A DNA stretch of 26,565 bases from the IMG/VR virus record IMGVR_UViG_3300030376_001261, positions 1 through 26,565 of that record, one strand, 5' to 3'. The position numbers and the translations under genes are program-made. Every line of letters begins with the position of its first letter. Position 1 is the first letter of the stretch. The notes under the pieces were generated by a model. The model was not told the DNA's origin. It searched no databases and was given only the letters and a program-made list of their open reading frames with translations. Positions 15,750-24,803 of this stretch are shown here, in pieces. This DNA comes from a virus. Lineage: Duplodnaviria > Caudoviricetes.

Positions 15750-16468
15750 GCTGCCTCTACTTCCCAACAATTAAGGTTAGAAGCAACGGTTCGTCTTTCG
15801 CCTTCGCCTTTAAATGGATAAACCATGTGAGACAACCAAGAAGGAAATAAATACAACTTTCCAACTTGAGGTTGTACTTCAAAACTTTGTGGAGGTCTTA
15901 ATCGTTCTACATTCATAATTTCGTTTCTGCCGTAATTAAAGGCTAAGTACCCATCGCAATTACCAGAAGAATCATACTTGTTGTATAAAGGACTTCCAGC
16001 AGTAGGTTGATCTAGTATTTGTTGGGGTACTTTAGTCCAACAAGTCGTAGATATACCCATAATCGTTTTAGTTCCATGATCGTGTATTGGGTTGTAATCG
16101 CCAGCATAACTGTGTACTGACCACGTTTCGTCTATCGCTACTTGACGATTCTTTTTAAGGTTACTGCCTGTGCTTTTCATAAAATGATTAATGTATTCAG
16201 CACCTAAACTGGTTATAAACTTAGAATACTGCCTAACCTTTTCATGCTCTGGGTCCATGTTCAGTTGCTCACCATGAGCAATCTGTCCTACCAATGAATG
16301 AGCCAATGATTCTTTATCTGCTTGTTCTCTAAGATCATCAAGATAAGTGTTTAAGTCCTCAACCATGCCATCTGGCATACGAGTCTCTAATACGAATACC
16401 GCAGGCATTGTCCAAATATTAACTTCAATATCTGTTCCCTCTACAGGTACTGCCTCTTTGTCAGCCAT
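15746..16468 (-). CDS. putative 2OG-Fe(II) oxygenase (240 aa)
   Basis: WSVHSYAGDYNPIHDH..ST..W and P.VGKLYLFPSWLSHMVYPF.GEGERRTVASN: double-stranded beta-helix with an HxH/HxD..H metal triad and distal Arg. Confidence 0.8.
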   Translation of the reverse strand: MADKEAVPVEGTDIEVNIWTMPAVFVLETRMPDGMVEDLNTYLDDLREQADKESLAHSLVGQIAHGEQLNMDPEHEKVRQYSKFITSLGAEYINHFMKSTGSNLKKNRQVAIDETWSVHSYAGDYNPIHDHGTKTIMGISTTCWTKVPQQILDQPTAGSPLYNKYDSSGNCDGYLAFNYGRNEIMNVERLRPPQSFEVQPQVGKLYLFPSWLSHMVYPFKGEGERRTVASNLNCWEVEAA

Positions 16469-16470
16469 GC

Positions 16471-16791
16471 TTAACTAGAAGGTACTGCAAAGTCGTTGTC
16501 TGGTACAGGATTGCTAGGTGGATTTGTAATTACTGAATCCACTTGACTTGAAAACACTGTATCCCATTTTGCAGTATCGAACATTGCTGTCAGTGCTGCC
16601 AGATTAAATGTATTTTTACCTGCTTTGGTAAAATCACCATCTGCTGCAACTGCTACAGTATGAAAAGTATTAGTGTAATAAGTCGCATCGCCTTCGCTGT
16701 CATTTTCATATTTCATAGACAAATGCCATTCTTCCACTTTACTAGATTTTACATGAGGGATTGCTTTTACAAGCGTTTTAGTTACTGCCAT
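16471..16791 (-). CDS. tail-fibre-associated protein (106 aa)
   Basis: Immediately downstream of the fibre gene; function inferred from position. Confidence 0.5.
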   Translation of the reverse strand: MAVTKTLVKAIPHVKSSKVEEWHLSMKYENDSEGDATYYTNTFHTVAVAADGDFTKAGKNTFNLAALTAMFDTAKWDTVFSSQVDSVITNPPSNPVPDNDFAVPSS

Positions 16792-16793
16792 TT

Positions 16794-19541
16794 TTATTCC
16801 TCTTTATTAGATTTTAATTCCTCAACATCTGCTGAGAGTTCTTGGACTGCTTTTACAAGCATTGGTATCAGACCACCTTTTGCAATTTTCTGCACTTTGT
16901 CATCGCCTGTTTTCCAAATATTTTGACCATCTTTTACGTCATCGTGTTTATCTATAACTGCTTTAACTTCTTGTGCAATAAAACCATGATACTGTACACC
17001 ATACTCTAAACCGACACTTGGTTCATTAGAACCTTTTTTATACTGTTTCATATCCTTTGGAACATCTTTCTTTTTCTTCCATTGATATGTGATTGGTCTG
17101 AGTTCATTAATAAATTGAAGTCCTACTGTCGCATCTTGTACGTTTTCTTTTAGCCTTTCATCCGAAGATGCTGCCCAAGATTCATCTGAACCATTCAAAT
17201 CGATTTCGACAACATTGGTATTATAACCAATCGTACATCTTGCATCTCCTGTACCATCAATTGCTGAACCAAGAACTACACGACCAGTAGCACCACCTGT
17301 TCCTGTATCTGCAACTGACCCCACTACTACATTACCATTCCCTGTAGTTTGGTCATCACCAGCTCTTTTACCAATCATGGTATTGTCTGTGCCTGTACTG
17401 ATCGCATCTCCCGCTTCAAATCCAACACAAGTGTTTCCATCGCCAGTTGTAATTGCTGTTCCAGCATAAGCACCTAAACCAGTATTTGCTGCCGAAGTAC
17501 AAGCAGTCAAAGAATCGTACCCAAAAGCTGTGCTGTAATGTGTTGTTGTGTTTGCATCCAAAGCATAAGTACCTACTGCTGTGTTTTGTGCGCCAGTTGT
17601 GTTTGCTCCTAGTGCTGCTGAACCTACCGCAGTATTACCATCGGCTGCATTTGCAGCATCTAAAGCTCTTGCACCTACCGCAGTGCAGTCACCACCAGTT
17701 GTGTTTCCAAGCATTGCGTTATAACCAATGGCAGTATTTAAACCACCACCTGTGTTTGCACCTAATGCTTCATCTCCCACTGCCGTGTTTTGAGAAGCGG
17801 TTGTGATTTTGTCTCCAGCTTTAAATCCAATAAGTGTGTGTCCAGCACCAGTGGTTACATCGTTACCAGCTTCGTGTCCTATAAATACATTTTCAGTTCC
17901 ACTTGTATTTGCAGCACCAGCACCTTTACCAATAGCCAGATTCATATTAGCTGTAGTTAAGTTTTCTAAAGCCTCAACACCTATCGCAATGTTATTAGAG
18001 CCTTCTGTAATTGATTGTCCAGCATCACGACCAATGCCAATGTTGTTATCCCCTGTCGTATTTGCTGCTAACGCATCTTTACCAACTGCTGTTAAATGCG
18101 CACCTGTGGTGTTTGCTTGTAAAGCATCGTATCCAACAGCTACATTGTTTGATGCTGTGGTATTAGAGTCTAAAGCATTTTTACCAACAGCAACATTACT
18201 TGCACCAGTCGTGTTGGCAATCATGCTTTGGTGTCCAACGGCAGTATTACCAATAGCTGTGTTCACCTTTAAAGCCATACGACCTATTGCAACATTGTTT
18301 CCACTGGTTGTAACAGTCATTAAAGCAGATGACCCGACTGCCGTGTTTTCTGAGCCTGTGGTATTTGCTTTTAAAGCATCCATACCGATTGCTACGTTTT
18401 CATCGGCATCGGTGTTTGCTAATAAAGCAGACTCACCCACAGCCACATTACTGTGTCCTTCGGTATTTGTTTCCATTGAATCAGCACCAATAGAAGTATT
18501 ATGGTAGCCTGTGGTATTTGCTATTAAAGCATTTTTACCCATAGAAACATTGCCATAACCTGTGGTGTTTGCTGATAAAGCTGACTTTCCAACAGCTACG
18601 TTGTTATTCGCAGTTGTATTGGCATCTAAAGCTAAAGAACCAACAGCTACATTTGAATGTCCTGTGGTATTTGTTTTTAAAGCATCTTTTCCGACTGCTG
18701 TGTTGTTATCTGCCGTTGTAACATTTTCTAAAGCACTTCTACCCACCGCAACATTAGATGCGCCTGTTGTCAAATCAAAAAGTGCTTTTCTACCTACACC
18801 TACATTGTGGTCGCCTGTTATTGTTGCGCCACCTCCAGCTTCACAACCTACTAAAGTAACTGCTGATGCTGTGGTTAACCCTTCTCCAGCTTGTTCTCCT
18901 ACAATTACATTCTGGTCGCCTGTAGTTAAAGCAAGTCCTGAAGCAGAGCCAACAGCAACATTTTGACTTCCTGTTGTAATTCCTCCACCAGCATTGTCTC
19001 CCACTGCCGTATTATCCGATCCAGTCGTAACTGCATCAAGTGCAGCTTCACCTATGGCTACGTTATCCGTTCCTGTCGTAATTGCTGTACCGAGTGAACC
19101 AGAACCTAGTCCGACATTGCCTGTACCACCTGTCATGTCTAATACGTCAGTTACGGCAGCACCTGCTCCAGCACCATCGGTGACAAGCATCTTGATTCCG
19201 CCATTCGGAATGACGACATTTGCGCCTGTGCCTTGAGATATTGTTACTTGATAACCTGCGTTGTTTTGAATCACCCAAGTCTTACTAACTGTGTTCGGTG
19301 CAAGAGTAACTGTATTCGTTGCAGTAATTGATCCTGTCAGCGTTAGAGCAAAGGCTCTCGCTGCATCGGCAGCACCATCTGCCATTGTGATTGTGTGGGT
19401 TGTTCCTGTAATAGCTTCTGAACCAGAACCCCATGCTTCTGCTATTAATTCTAAGTTTGTATTGGTACTCGTTCCCCAAGTACCCGACTCATCGCCCGTA
19501 GCAATTTCTTTTAATCTTAGATCATTTACATAAGTTGCCAT
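16794..19541 (-). CDS. tail fibre with YadA-like beta-roll repeats and a C-terminal peptidase S74 intramolecular chaperone (915 aa)
   Basis: N-terminal anchor (LRLKEIATGDESGTWGTSTNTNLELI); dozens of ~14-aa NxAVGxxALxxNTTG repeats; SSDERLKENV..LRPITYQWK..HGFIAQEV..LIPMLVKAVQEL coiled coil. Confidence 0.9.
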   Translation of the reverse strand: MATYVNDLRLKEIATGDESGTWGTSTNTNLELIAEAWGSGSEAITGTTHTITMADGAADAARAFALTLTGSITATNTVTLAPNTVSKTWVIQNNAGYQVTISQGTGANVVIPNGGIKMLVTDGAGAGAAVTDVLDMTGGTGNVGLGSGSLGTAITTGTDNVAIGEAALDAVTTGSDNTAVGDNAGGGITTGSQNVAVGSASGLALTTGDQNVIVGEQAGEGLTTASAVTLVGCEAGGGATITGDHNVGVGRKALFDLTTGASNVAVGRSALENVTTADNNTAVGKDALKTNTTGHSNVAVGSLALDANTTANNNVAVGKSALSANTTGYGNVSMGKNALIANTTGYHNTSIGADSMETNTEGHSNVAVGESALLANTDADENVAIGMDALKANTTGSENTAVGSSALMTVTTSGNNVAIGRMALKVNTAIGNTAVGHQSMIANTTGASNVAVGKNALDSNTTASNNVAVGYDALQANTTGAHLTAVGKDALAANTTGDNNIGIGRDAGQSITEGSNNIAIGVEALENLTTANMNLAIGKGAGAANTSGTENVFIGHEAGNDVTTGAGHTLIGFKAGDKITTASQNTAVGDEALGANTGGGLNTAIGYNAMLGNTTGGDCTAVGARALDAANAADGNTAVGSAALGANTTGAQNTAVGTYALDANTTTHYSTAFGYDSLTACTSAANTGLGAYAGTAITTGDGNTCVGFEAGDAISTGTDNTMIGKRAGDDQTTGNGNVVVGSVADTGTGGATGRVVLGSAIDGTGDARCTIGYNTNVVEIDLNGSDESWAASSDERLKENVQDATVGLQFINELRPITYQWKKKKDVPKDMKQYKKGSNEPSVGLEYGVQYHGFIAQEVKAVIDKHDDVKDGQNIWKTGDDKVQKIAKGGLIPMLVKAVQELSADVEELKSNKEE

Positions 19542-19565
19542 GTTTTTTCCTCTTTAGTTTAGCAA

Positions 19566-20399
19566 TTAAGCTGCAACATCATCCCAATCAGCAGTTTGTG
19601 AATCATCAACAGATGAATAACTTGGTGTTTGAGATGTTGAAACATCACTATAATTTGGTGTTTGTGAATCGTCAACCAATCCCCAAACAAGTAATTGTGT
19701 TATTTGTCCTGTTCCTTCTACGCTTGTAGGAGAAACTACTGCACTTGCTTTAGGAGTAAGATCACCAATTTGACCTGTACTAGCACTTTGCGTAACAGAA
19801 ATAACATTATCACTAACAGTGCTAATTGTGCCTAACGCACTTGTAGCAGCTATTCCTGTCGGATAAACATTCGCATCACAAGTAACTGTTTCCTCGCCTT
19901 GTGATATCGTTGATGCTGTACCGCTAACGCCTACAATCGCTACACCATTTGCAACAACTGTTCCTATTGCAGTAGTACCAGCTAATCCTGTTTCACTGAC
20001 ATTAGCATCACCGCTAACTGATTCGCTACCTAAAGCACTTGTGCCAGCTACTCCAGTTACAGAAAGATTAGCTATACCTGTGACAGTTAAACTATCTACT
20101 GCTCCTGTTGCTGATACCCCTGTTTCACTTACATTCGCATCCGCAGAAATACTTAATGATCCTAGTGCGCTTGTTCCTGCAACACCTGTTTCCGTAACAT
20201 TAGCTACACCAGTAACAGTTAAACTGCCAACAGCACCTGTAGCTGCAATACCTGTTTCTACAACATTAGCATCACAACTAACAGTTTCTGTTCCTAATGC
20301 AGTTGTTCCCGCAACTCCTGTTACATTAACTGTAACATTAACAATTGCAGGTTCACCCCAAGGACCAGCACCCCATGTGGACCGACCCCAACCAGACAT
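19566..20399 (-). CDS. virion structural protein with Gly/Thr/Val repeats (277 aa)
   Basis: N-terminal GWGRSTWGAGPWG; ~22-aa repeats ANVxETGVAxTxAxGxxxVx. Confidence 0.7.
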   Translation of the reverse strand: MSGWGRSTWGAGPWGEPAIVNVTVNVTGVAGTTALGTETVSCDANVVETGIAATGAVGSLTVTGVANVTETGVAGTSALGSLSISADANVSETGVSATGAVDSLTVTGIANLSVTGVAGTSALGSESVSGDANVSETGLAGTTAIGTVVANGVAIVGVSGTASTISQGEETVTCDANVYPTGIAATSALGTISTVSDNVISVTQSASTGQIGDLTPKASAVVSPTSVEGTGQITQLLVWGLVDDSQTPNYSDVSTSQTPSYSSVDDSQTADWDDVAA

Positions 20400-20406
20400 A
20401 ACTGGT

Positions 20407-20838
20407 TTACGCTATTCTAATAACAGCGTTACTTGCGTCTGCGGTTGGAAAAGATATGGTAAAACTACCTGCTGTACTTGTTTTGTCTCCACCGAAATCA
20501 AAAACTGCAACTGCTGGATCACCAGTAGCTGTGTCATTATAAATCATACAACCTCTCGCAGTGATAGTAGCTGTTCCAAAAGTCAAATCAGCAAAATCAG
20601 TATACGCAGTTGTTCCTGATGTTGTAGGATTGACGTTCGTTAAAGCTGCACCACCTGCAGTATAGTTGGTTCCCGATGCTTCTTGTCCTGTGCTATAGGC
20701 TGTAGTAGCAGCACTCATAGTCGCAGAGCTAGTATATAAAGCAAGTTTAAAAGAGTTTCCTCCAGATGCTTTAAAGTTATGTACGCCTTGCAGAAGTTCA
20801 CTTTTGAAAGAAGTACACATTGCTTGTGTTATAGCCAT
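20407..20838 (-). CDS. conserved virion (tail) structural protein (143 aa)
   Basis: MAITQAMCTSFKSELL..HNF..FKLALYT..YTAGG..DFAD..ITARGCMIYN..AVFDFGGDK pattern; lies in the tail cluster. Confidence 0.65.
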   Translation of the reverse strand: MAITQAMCTSFKSELLQGVHNFKASGGNSFKLALYTSSATMSAATTAYSTGQEASGTNYTAGGAALTNVNPTTSGTTAYTDFADLTFGTATITARGCMIYNDTATGDPAVAVFDFGGDKTSTAGSFTISFPTADASNAVIRIA

Positions 20839-21128
20839 TATAGCCTCCTAATAATTTCAGCTAAGTCTTTATGACCTTGCTGTTCTAGTTGATTACCTAT
20901 GGTACACATATGGTTTCTGATTGCCTCATGCATATAGTAAGTAATAATTTTATAGCACACATTTTTAAAAGCGTGTGCCTGAGCTTTAATTTGCGGTGGT
21001 GCTGTATCGCTCACCGAAATAATTTTGTCAGTCGCCATTTCAGCAACTTCTTCTGGAGTATGACCTCTGTTTTCAGTTGTCTTAACCCCTAAATTTCCTA
21101 TAGATATTGTAAAAGAATCTGTTTCCAT
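20838..21128 (-). CDS. hypothetical protein (96 aa)
   Basis: TAATG-coupled on both sides; TTENRGHTPEEVA..DKIISVSD.APP.IKAQA motif. Confidence 0.65.
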   Translation of the reverse strand: METDSFTISIGNLGVKTTENRGHTPEEVAEMATDKIISVSDTAPPQIKAQAHAFKNVCYKIITYYMHEAIRNHMCTIGNQLEQQGHKDLAEIIRRL

Positions 21129-21868
21129 TAGTATTTTTCTGGCTCTGGTGGATTTAAATCTATATCATTTCTGTCTATTTTACCAACGGGCTTTAGCTTT
21201 TCTTCTATCTGAACCTCAGAAAACTTGCAAACTTTTATTCCAGCGCCATTTTGATAAGTAACCTTTGGGTCATCTAATCTATGATAACCATAAAGTTTGT
21301 CTTTAAAGCCTATATCTGTATCCAATAATGATGATGTTGGGGCAATTGAGACATTTATGCCAGCATCAATACATTTAGACAACCAAAACTCAACACAAGC
21401 CCTACCAGCTTCTGCAAAGTGCATATTGCTTTTATAGGTAAAATCTACACCAAAAATAGAAATGCTTTTGACATTTAACCACAAAGCATAAGCAATCGAA
21501 TAAGCGATAGTATTGTTAAAATAAGAACACCCTAGTTTTTCTACAATATCTTCTAATGGATATTCTTCAACAGCAGGCACTCTTTCATCTAACTCACAAG
21601 AATAAATAGGATAATATGCTGTAGGCAAAACCAATCTCATCATTTCTGTCATAGAGCCTGCATCTTCTGAATTTAAAAAACGATCCATTGGGTCTAGTAT
21701 AAATGCTCTATCTATACGAGGCAAAATACCTATCATTGCATTTATTGCCCATATTTCATCAAAAAATACACTGTGAACTTGAGACAAATGAAAATCAATT
21801 TGGCTTTTGCCCATTCCAACTATTGCAATATTTTTATCTTTGTTTTCCTTTTTAGGACTATCAAACAT
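21128..21868 (-). CDS. Maf/MptE/GT29-like Rossmann-fold putative transferase (246 aa)
   Basis: IAIVGMGKS..DEIWAIN..FILD..NNTIAYSIAYALWLNVKSISIFGVDF resembles the GxGxS and (A)xxxGxxxIxxxGxD motifs of sialyltransferase/Maf-like folds. Confidence 0.55.
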   Translation of the reverse strand: MFDSPKKENKDKNIAIVGMGKSQIDFHLSQVHSVFFDEIWAINAMIGILPRIDRAFILDPMDRFLNSEDAGSMTEMMRLVLPTAYYPIYSCELDERVPAVEEYPLEDIVEKLGCSYFNNTIAYSIAYALWLNVKSISIFGVDFTYKSNMHFAEAGRACVEFWLSKCIDAGINVSIAPTSSLLDTDIGFKDKLYGYHRLDDPKVTYQNGAGIKVCKFSEVQIEEKLKPVGKIDRNDIDLNPPEPEKY

Positions 21869-22505
21869 CTATTTTTCTTTGCCCATCCCTATAAGCATCT
21901 TTTCTATTATAACCATCTGATAATAAAGTTAATTTTTGTAAAGACTCTTGAAATCTTTTTTCATAATTAGCAAGAATATCAGGCTCACCTTTCATAAAAG
22001 TATATGCCTCTACTAAACTTCCATAAAGTAAAAGCTCTGGTGCATTTGTTCCAAGCCAAGTTGTTCCACTTGATGCTGCTGTTATTGATTCTGGAACATA
22101 ATAATAATGTAATTCTACGTTTAAATTAGCATTAGGAGTTGGTCCAACAATAAAAGAATTGTCATCAAACTGTGCATAATGTTTTGGAACTCCAGTTGTT
22201 GAAGCAGAAGGATACGCTTCTCTAATAAAACTTACGTCTGTATTTAAAAGATAACTATAGTCACTATCACTATCTAAAACAGCCAAAGAAAATGGATATA
22301 AATAATCATCGGGAGCAGTTAAATACTGGTTTCCAGATGTTAATGAACCAGTAACATTTTTCCTAAAATTAGGTAACTCAACTGATTTTACTATTCTATC
22401 TTCAGCTTGTTGAATCATTGTTCCTAAATCAGCAACAAATGTTGACTCAGTATTTTGTGTATAATCCTGTATAGCTGATTTTAATGTTGTATATGTCCAA
22501 CTCAT
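21861..22505 (-). CDS. head-to-tail adaptor-like protein (214 aa)
   Basis: TYTTLKSAIQDYT..IQQAEDRI..P.D..G.PKHYA..VGPTP..ELHYY..TWL..NAPELLLYGSLVEAY pattern of tubular-A/adaptor proteins. Confidence 0.7.
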   Translation of the reverse strand: MSWTYTTLKSAIQDYTQNTESTFVADLGTMIQQAEDRIVKSVELPNFRKNVTGSLTSGNQYLTAPDDYLYPFSLAVLDSDSDYSYLLNTDVSFIREAYPSASTTGVPKHYAQFDDNSFIVGPTPNANLNVELHYYYVPESITAASSGTTWLGTNAPELLLYGSLVEAYTFMKGEPDILANYEKRFQESLQKLTLLSDGYNRKDAYRDGQRKIDV

Positions 22506-22843
22506 TCTGTACTCACTGTTAGTTTTCCTATTTCACCTTTTATATTTAAACCCATTGTACTAGAGCCAAATGCCGTAACTCCTCCGCCTATAGGATCAAA
22601 AGCTGAATAACTTGTGGATGATTTCTTTCCAGTATCAACTCTAGGATTATAAAGACTTTGTGGGTCAGATGTATTTACTTGACCTAATTTTAACTGTGGC
22701 TGATCTTCATCCAAACATGTTGGGCAAACTCTTAGCCCATTTCTTTTGCTATCTTCTATTTGATATTTTAAAAAACTTAGTTTGTATGTAAAACCACAAC
22801 GATCACACTGACCTAACGCTTTACTTGCTCTTGCATATGACAT
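22502..22843 (-). CDS. Zn-ribbon protein (113 aa)
   Basis: CDRC and CPTC pairs; lies between the two adaptor-like genes. Confidence 0.7.
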   Translation of the reverse strand: MSYARASKALGQCDRCGFTYKLSFLKYQIEDSKRNGLRVCPTCLDEDQPQLKLGQVNTSDPQSLYNPRVDTGKKSSTSYSAFDPIGGGVTAFGSSTMGLNIKGEIGKLTVSTE

Positions 22844-23541
22844 TAGTAACCACTAATTGATAAATCAGGAACAAATTTTACAGCAGCTTTTTCTCTGTCT
22901 GCCTCACTAACTTCATCCCATAGCTCCATATATCTTTGTCTAATCATAGGAACTCTTTGTATTGCTTCGGGAGATTTACAAGCTAAATTATATGCCAAAG
23001 CATATGTTAAGCATGGTAAGTATCTTGTTGGAACATCTGCATTATTACTAGCAACTGTTCCTACATCTTCAATTCTTTTTACATAATCATAAATAAGAGT
23101 ATATGTTTCAGCAGAATCAGGCGTTGCCCAAAGAACTATTTTTACTGCATCATTGTCTTTATCAACATAAAACTGTGTCGGTTTAGATTGTGTTAATTTA
23201 CTGGCTTGATGATTGTATTCTGTTCTAGAAATACGATTTAGCCTTTGGTCAAACTGATCGTCAACATTGCCTGCATTAGTTCTTATAGACACATCTACAA
23301 TATCTAATGCACTAGATTCTGCGGTATAACTGCTTGTTCCAGCTACTAATGTTGCAGACCCTTGTTCTATAGTCCAAAGATTTAATCCTTTATTTTGCCA
23401 CTCTAAAAATACTAAATTTAAAGCTCTTTTAGCGCCACGATAACTATATCCAGAGCGTAACTCTAAACCACAAAGATCATAAGCCTCTTCCATAATATCG
23501 CTTATATCTAAGTTAAATGTAGTTGTTCCGCTTGTAGCCAT
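22843..23541 (-). CDS. head-to-tail adaptor (P22 gp4 / tail tubular A-like) (232 aa)
   Basis: MATSGTTTFNLD..IMEEAY..A.RALNL...WQNKGLNLW..RISR.EY..KPTQFY..W.TPD..DVP.RYLPCL...LAY.LA. Confidence 0.7.
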   Translation of the reverse strand: MATSGTTTFNLDISDIMEEAYDLCGLELRSGYSYRGAKRALNLVFLEWQNKGLNLWTIEQGSATLVAGTSSYTAESSALDIVDVSIRTNAGNVDDQFDQRLNRISRTEYNHQASKLTQSKPTQFYVDKDNDAVKIVLWATPDSAETYTLIYDYVKRIEDVGTVASNNADVPTRYLPCLTYALAYNLACKSPEAIQRVPMIRQRYMELWDEVSEADREKAAVKFVPDLSISGY

Positions 23542-23543
23542 TT

Positions 23544-23786
23544 TTATCTATGTCTCCTTGTTTTTTTAGCAATGCTTTTAGGCTGTTTAGAATGCTGCTT
23601 TCCTTTTTTTGTATCTTCTCGTTTTTTGCGAGTTGTTGCAGCATACTCTTTAGAACTTAAAGATTTTATAGCACTATCAGGCAAATATCTTTCACCTGTT
23701 TTAGATGAAGGCTTTCCACTTTTAGTCCTCCAATTTTGGTCAGTCCAGTTTTTTAAATCTCTTTGTCTTTGTTTAAGGGGTGGCAT
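23544..23786 (-). CDS. small basic protein (80 aa)
   Basis: LKNWTDQNWRTKSG..GERYLP..KKR..GKQ; very Lys/Arg-rich. Confidence 0.7.
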   Translation of the reverse strand: MPPLKQRQRDLKNWTDQNWRTKSGKPSSKTGERYLPDSAIKSLSSKEYAATTRKKREDTKKGKQHSKQPKSIAKKTRRHR

Positions 23787-23935
23787 TATTTACCTACTTT
23801 TTTTAAAGCTTTTTTATGGGAAGCTGTAAAAGTAGAGCCTTCTTTCATTTCTTTTTTCATCATGTCCATATGTTTTTTACTATGATGAACAGAGTGTTTT
23901 TTTAAAGTTTGTTTTTGCCTTCTATTTAATTTCAT
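23786..23935 (-). CDS. small Lys/His-rich protein (49 aa; not in the ORF track)
   Basis: MKLNRRQKQTLKKHSVHHSKKHMDMMKKEMKEGSTFTASHKKALKKVGK*. ATGA overlap upstream and TAATG overlap downstream; fills the gap exactly. Confidence 0.75.
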   Translation of the reverse strand: MKLNRRQKQTLKKHSVHHSKKHMDMMKKEMKEGSTFTASHKKALKKVGK

Positions 23936-24120
23936 TTATAGCCACCGCCTTTTGCTTTATATTGTTTAGCAAGCATCTGCGCTTTTCTAGCAGACCATTG
24001 ACCTGCTTTACCGCCCTTTGTTCCTGCTTTAATTCTATTAAATAAATTTTTACGCATCGTAGGCTTAGTATAGTTGCCTGCTTTATTTACAGTAGATTTT
24101 CTTTTTTTTCTAGCTGACAT
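23932..24120 (-). CDS. small basic protein (62 aa)
   Basis: NYTKP.MRK..F..IKAG.KGGKAGQWSARKAQMLAKQYKAKGGGYK. Confidence 0.75.
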   Translation of the reverse strand: MSARKKRKSTVNKAGNYTKPTMRKNLFNRIKAGTKGGKAGQWSARKAQMLAKQYKAKGGGYK

Positions 24121-24123
24121 AAT

Positions 24124-24417
24124 TTACCATTTTTCACGATTAGCCCAATAAGCTGCTGACATTTTACCTTTAGCTATATTTTTACCATGCCTAGCTTTAA
24201 AAGACTTACGCCTAGCTTTTTGTTTTTTAGATTCACCTTTCTTTGGCTTACCTGCTGTTTTAACACCTTGTTGTCCAAATCTTATAGTTTTAACTTTACT
24301 GCCTTCTTTGGCAACAACAATATGAGATTTTTTTGGATGATTGGGCGTTCTTTTTGGTTTGTTATATCCGCTAACTCCCGCCCTTTTTAAGCGAGAGTCT
24401 TTTTGCGCTCTGGACAT
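24124..24417 (-). CDS. small basic protein (97 aa)
   Basis: GYNKPKRTP.HPKKSH.V.AK..KTIRFGQQG..RRKSFKARH..SAAYWA...W. Confidence 0.75.
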   Translation of the reverse strand: MSRAQKDSRLKRAGVSGYNKPKRTPNHPKKSHIVVAKEGSKVKTIRFGQQGVKTAGKPKKGESKKQKARRKSFKARHGKNIAKGKMSAAYWANREKW

Positions 24418-24734
24418 TACATTCCTCTGTCATCAGCTTTTGTTGGGGTAAAAACAGGTCTTTTCTTTCTAATTTTTTTAGGTGTCCTTTTTCTTCTACC
24501 AGATACATTACTAGTATCATAATCTATTCGAGAAGTAGAATGAACTCCAGTACCACCACCGCCAAACATTTTTTTAGCATATTCTTTATAAGATTCTACT
24601 TTATTTTCAGTGCCAACTTCCGTTGCGCCACCGCCTCTAAATGAACTACTGACTGGAGCATTTGGTTTAAAAACACCGCCACCCATATAACCAGTTAGGT
24701 TCTTTCTTTTAAGACCCATATCTTTTTTAGGCAT
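24417..24734 (-). CDS. small basic protein with repeated [YFM]xGGG motifs (105 aa; start revised from 24746)
   Basis: GGAGG RBS a few nt before the ATG at 24734 (MPKKDMG); YMGGG, FRGGG and MFGGGG motifs; basic C-terminus. Confidence 0.7.
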   Translation of the reverse strand: MPKKDMGLKRKNLTGYMGGGVFKPNAPVSSSFRGGGATEVGTENKVESYKEYAKKMFGGGGTGVHSTSRIDYDTSNVSGRRKRTPKKIRKKRPVFTPTKADDRGM

Positions 24735-24746
24735 ATCGCCCTCCAT

Positions 24747-24789
24747 AAATTAAATATCCACATACTCTGTATTTCAAGAGTATATGGAT
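24747..24789 (-). terminator. intergenic hairpin, possible weak intrinsic terminator or processing site
   Basis: Minus strand AUCCAUAUACUCU-UGAAAUAC-AGAGUAUGUGGAU forms a 13-bp stem with one G-U pair, followed by AUUUAAUUU. Confidence 0.5.
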
Positions 24790-24803
24790 CATATTACATT
24801 AAA

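Noticed and set aside
16794-19541. Possible diversity-generating retroelement target in the fibre gene
   Set aside because: No reverse transcriptase and no adenine-specific TR/VR pair seen in the window; the repeats are protein-level and degenerate.
17453-20619. Several + strand ORFs of 64-234 aa opposite the fibre and tail genes
   Set aside because: Stop-poor antisense frames caused by the codon bias of G/A/T/N-rich proteins; they lie against the operon direction.
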